The notes under the pieces: model-generated
Seen by the model: the letters and a program-made list of their open reading frames with translations, nothing else
Databases searched by the model: none
What the model was told of the DNA's origin: nothing
Source of the DNA: a virus
Lineage: Duplodnaviria > Caudoviricetes
Length of the DNA stretch: 25,340 bases
IMG/VR virus record: IMGVR_UViG_3300021791_000009
Coordinates: 1-25,340 of that record
Direction: 5' to 3' (one strand)
Position numbers and translations under genes: made by a program
Shown: positions 22,000 through 25,340 of the stretch, in pieces
How the letters are laid out: every line of letters starts with the position of its first letter
Numbering within the stretch: position 1 is the first letter of the stretch

Positions 22000-22941
22000 A
22001 TGGCTGATGAGAAGGCGAACGAGCCTGCAATCGAGACAGAAGAAGTGCAGACGGAAGAGTTTGTTCCCGACGAGGTAGTCCAGCAGAGGATCGACGACGA
22101 GAACAGTATCGTTGACGAGGAACCCACAGTTCCTCTCCCCGATATGGAAGAAGTAGCGGAACAGGAAACAGAAGAAGTTGACTCCGTCGAAGACGGAGGG
22201 GTAAGTGGTGGGACAACTCAACCTGATCCAGCTGCCGCTCCCATGCAGTCACCGTGGAACGAGTCTCACTTCGAGTGGGGCCGTTACCTCAACCTCAGCC
22301 GGGACGAGGTCCAGAACTTCTCTGGAGGCCCGGCTGCGTTTGAGAGGATGATAGGTCAGGTTAGCCACACGGTAGGCGAGAACTACGAGCAGCCCGATAA
22401 TACCGGCTTTGACCTTGGAGAGGACTTCGAGGACGACGATGCTCTGGTGAAGATGAACAAGCACTACTCCGATCAGATGTCTGTGATGCGAGACGAGATT
22501 GACCAGCTTAGGGGTGTCAGTCACGCCTTCCAGTCTAGGGAGCAACACAGAATTGCAAAACAGAGTGCTGACGAGTTCGACTCAATATGCAATACTATGG
22601 ACGAATCGATGTTCGGTCGTGGCTCCTATGATGATCTAGGACCCGACACAGCCGAAAATCGTGAGGCTTTGGCGAACGCAGTTTCTCGCCTCGGTCATGG
22701 ATATGCCGCACGGAGAGAACAGGTTCCTCCTATGGGGCAACTGGTGAAGGAAGCCTTTGGGGCGACCTTCGGTGGAAGTATCGAAAACCAAACTTTGAGA
22801 AAGGTATCAGAGAAGTCCAAACAGATGGGTTCCCAGACGACGGCTGTGCCGACGCACAAGGACCCTGAACCTCTCTCGGCAGAACAGAAGGCTGTGCAAG
22901 CGGCCTACCAGTGGCAGAAGGAGAAGGGTTGGATCACCTGA
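22000..22941 (+). CDS. Putative capsid scaffolding protein
   Basis: Very acidic N-terminus, helical body, immediately before the major capsid gene; RBS AAGGAG. Confidence 0.7.
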   Translation: MADEKANEPAIETEEVQTEEFVPDEVVQQRIDDENSIVDEEPTVPLPDMEEVAEQETEEVDSVEDGGVSGGTTQPDPAAAPMQSPWNESHFEWGRYLNLSRDEVQNFSGGPAAFERMIGQVSHTVGENYEQPDNTGFDLGEDFEDDDALVKMNKHYSDQMSVMRDEIDQLRGVSHAFQSREQHRIAKQSADEFDSICNTMDESMFGRGSYDDLGPDTAENREALANAVSRLGHGYAARREQVPPMGQLVKEAFGATFGGSIENQTLRKVSEKSKQMGSQTTAVPTHKDPEPLSAEQKAVQAAYQWQKEKGWIT

Positions 22942-22953
22942 TAGCGAGAAACT

Positions 22954-24108
22954 ATGGCTTATCAAATTGCATCCGGTATTCATAACGCTGCCTCCACGCG
23001 AGACAGCAGTGACTACCTAGACCTCATCATCTCGACGTTGAAGAACTTCGAGAAGCTGTCGTGGACGGACCTCGTGCCGTCTATTCAGAAGCACACTGCC
23101 ATGCCCGAGCTTCTTCGGAAGAAGAGAGTTCAGTTCGGAAGTGGCTATGGTCATCAGTTCAATGTTCGCCTGTATTCTAATAATGCAGCTAGGAACGTAA
23201 AACTGAACGAGGAAGACAACCCGACGACAGCCGATGTGCTGGACACGGGGCAGGTCAACTGGCGTCATAGTGAGACGCACTGGGCAATCGAAGAGCGGAT
23301 CGTTGCCATGAACAAGGAGCCGTCACGCCTTGTCGACCTGCTGAAGGTTTCGCGTATCGACGCGATGACCTCGTTGGCAGAGTTGATGGAGTCGAACTTC
23401 TGGGGCGAGCCTCCGGCAAGCTCTGACGAAATCGCTCCCCTTGGACTCAAGTATTGGATTTCCAAGGACGACGCTAATTCTGTCGGCAACGGACCCCCGA
23501 CCACGGCTGGCTTCAAGGGCAACCTGCCCGTTTCCGACGCCAACGTGGACGCCGGTCACACCAAGGTTGGCGGACTTGCTCCTTCTGTTGGCGAGGATGG
23601 TATCAACGACAAGAGCAAGTGGCGCAACTGGGTCGGCAAGTACACGAACGTCTCGAAGAGCGATCTCATCCGTAAGATGAGGGAAGCATCGGCCAAGACG
23701 TACTTCCAGCCTCCTGTTGATGGCCCCTTCAACAACAAGAGCATCGACGCTGCGTACTACACCACGTACGCTGTTGTGTCGAAGATGGAAGAAATTTTGG
23801 AATCGCAAAACGATAATCTGGGAAATGACGTTGCTAGCAAGGATGGACTTGTGTCGTTCCGTCGCAGCCCTGTTATCTGGGTTCCCAAGATTGATGATGA
23901 CATCTACTCTGCTGGCAACAATGTTGACGCCGTGTTTGGCGTGAACTGGAATAATTTCAAGCCAGTATTTCTGAGCGGAGAATACATGAAAGAAAGCCGT
24001 GTATCCCCGCACCCGTTGCATCACCGTACTATTACCCAGTATGTTGACTGCACCTATAACTTCTTCTGTAACGACCGTCGTAGCCAGTTTGTGTTGGCTA
24101 AGGGTTAG
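22954..24108 (+). CDS. Major capsid protein
   Basis: 384 aa after the scaffold; backbone-helix-like 'RLVDLLK..R.DA..SLAELME..FWG' and 'PLGL.YW'; followed by a terminator. Confidence 0.82.
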   Translation: MAYQIASGIHNAASTRDSSDYLDLIISTLKNFEKLSWTDLVPSIQKHTAMPELLRKKRVQFGSGYGHQFNVRLYSNNAARNVKLNEEDNPTTADVLDTGQVNWRHSETHWAIEERIVAMNKEPSRLVDLLKVSRIDAMTSLAELMESNFWGEPPASSDEIAPLGLKYWISKDDANSVGNGPPTTAGFKGNLPVSDANVDAGHTKVGGLAPSVGEDGINDKSKWRNWVGKYTNVSKSDLIRKMREASAKTYFQPPVDGPFNNKSIDAAYYTTYAVVSKMEEILESQNDNLGNDVASKDGLVSFRRSPVIWVPKIDDDIYSAGNNVDAVFGVNWNNFKPVFLSGEYMKESRVSPHPLHHRTITQYVDCTYNFFCNDRRSQFVLAKG

Positions 24109-24125
24109 GAGAGGTTTACTATTAC

Positions 24126-24170
24126 GCCCCCCACCTTCCAAACTCTGCCAAGGTTGGTGGGGGGCCTTTT
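24126..24170 (+). terminator. Putative intrinsic terminator after the major capsid gene
   Basis: GCCCCCCACC...GGTGGGGGGC followed by CTTTT. Confidence 0.6.
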
Positions 24171-24201
24171 GAAACTGGCAGAGTCAAAAAGGAACTGAAT
24201 C

Positions 24202-24972
24202 ATGAGCATGGCACACAAGAGCGGAAACTCTGGAAGCGTCCTCGGCGGCGGCTTCGAGTACAAGATCCCCGTCAAGAGTTGGAATGTCGGCATCAAGTCC
24301 GGTGGCAAGGACGGCGCGTTCGCGCTTGACGACTTCCTTCCGTTCGACCCCGGCGTTGGTGGTGGATACCTCATCCTAGAGGCCGATACTGGGTCCACGG
24401 TCCTCTCTAGTGGGGCAGGATTCGGAGAAGTCGTTCTCACCACAGACGGGACCGACAACGACGAAGTCGGCCTCGGAGCGGTCAAAGGAGGCGTGGGATG
24501 CCTCAAGCTCGTCGCTGACAAGCAGTGTGCTGCCGCGATTCGGTTCAAGGTGGATCAAGTCGCAAGCGCAAAGTCCCTGTTCGTTGGGTGGATGACCGAC
24601 TCTCAGGCCGTCGCTGCGAACAACATCGTTGACGACACTGGCGTTCTCATGGCCGTTGACGGTGTTGGACTCCAACTGCTTGCCACCGCTGCGGATCTGC
24701 GTCTCGTCCACGGGGCCAGCTTGGCCGCACCGACGATTCATACCGCTGTTGCCAAGACGCTGGTTGCTGACACGTATGTCAACTTCAGCCTTGTGTTCGA
24801 CGGGACCGACGCCCGCTTCTACATCGACGGGATTCAGGTCGGAGACAAGGTCGCTAGAACGACACTCGTTCCAGCCGACGAGCCTCTCCGTCCAGTCATT
24901 CTCGCCAAGTGTACTGACTCGAACGCTGTAGTGGTAACTGTTGACTCCATCGCCGGAGCCAGCGAACGATAG
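24202..24972 (+). CDS. Virion protein with concanavalin/LamG-like beta sandwich (decoration protein?)
   Basis: YVNFSLVFDG...FYIDGIQV strand pattern; follows the capsid gene. Confidence 0.6.
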   Translation: MSMAHKSGNSGSVLGGGFEYKIPVKSWNVGIKSGGKDGAFALDDFLPFDPGVGGGYLILEADTGSTVLSSGAGFGEVVLTTDGTDNDEVGLGAVKGGVGCLKLVADKQCAAAIRFKVDQVASAKSLFVGWMTDSQAVAANNIVDDTGVLMAVDGVGLQLLATAADLRLVHGASLAAPTIHTAVAKTLVADTYVNFSLVFDGTDARFYIDGIQVGDKVARTTLVPADEPLRPVILAKCTDSNAVVVTVDSIAGASER

Positions 24973-24999
24973 CCCAAGGGATTCGCCTCCCTTTCAGCC

Positions 25000-25046
25000 C
25001 GTACGGGGTTGGGGTTTCCCGCAACCCCGGCCCCGTACGTTTTTTA
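25000..25046 (+). terminator. Intrinsic terminator
   Basis: CGTACGGGGTTGGGG...CCCCGGCCCCGTACG followed by TTTTTT. Confidence 0.8.
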
Positions 25047-25058
25047 TAGAGGTATCCA

Positions 25059-25340
25059 ATGGCCGAAACCCCGCTGTCAATGAACTTCGAGGAACTGAGG
25101 TCACAGGTTGCCCACCACCTTTATGGCGGCGACCTTGCCGTCTCTGGGGCTTCAACCGTGGATGCCCTAGCCACCTCCGAGGTGGCCGTGGTAGACGCCG
25201 TGGTCCGGTCTGGGTTACGGCAGTTCTACAACCCGCCCCCGATCAGGCAGCGCAAGGCACACAAGTGGTCCTTCTTGGACAAGACGGACAACCTCGTCCT
25301 GAACGCCCCGATCACGGCAGGTACGATCACGTATGACCAT
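25059..25340 (+). CDS. Putative head-tail adaptor protein (3'-truncated)
   Basis: Manual translation MAETPLSMNFEELRSQVAHHL...VRSGLRQFYNPPP...HKWSFL after RBS GAGG; open to the window end. Confidence 0.6.
   Translation, partial: MAETPLSMNFEELRSQVAHHLYGGDLAVSGASTVDALATSEVAVVDAVVRSGLRQFYNPPPIRQRKAHKWSFLDKTDNLVLNAPITAGTITYDH

Noticed and set aside
16067-24548. Long minus-strand ORFs opposite terL, portal and capsid
   Set aside because: Shadow ORFs of GC-rich coding sequence, with no motifs or RBS.
1-25340. Stop-codon recoding, as seen in theta-ribozyme phages
   Set aside because: terL, portal and capsid are intact in the standard code, TAG/TGA/TAA all end genes at sensible places, and no suppressor tRNA is visible.

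Overview
Fragment of a tailed dsDNA phage genome, with a P22/podovirus-like head module; the host is possibly a Planctomycete (inference only). There are three blocks. (1) 1-6553 (+): recombination/replication and nuclease genes (Sak4-like ATPase end, SSB-like, HNH, replication protein, PD-(D/E)xK, RuvC-like), followed by a secreted trypsin-like protease, a permuted papain-like amidase and a thermonuclease. (2) 6654-14590 (-): an 'early' operon of small genes that starts at a sigma28-like promoter and ends at an intrinsic terminator. (3) 14882-25340 (+): a second trypsin-like protease, terminase, portal, scaffold, major capsid and further structural genes. The main observation is in block 2, whose intergenic spaces carry eight HDV-like self-cleaving ribozyme folds with covarying P1/P2/P3 helices and one type II hammerhead. 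Each sits just upstream of an RBS and just downstream of a 3' stem. The block also holds an anticodon-less tRNA mimic (a second lies at ~701) and two large structured non-coding segments whose 3' ends would be made by ribozyme cleavage. This suggests a polycistronic transcript that cuts itself into ribozyme-capped mRNAs and ncRNAs. All folds were derived by eye; no activity or database search has been done.
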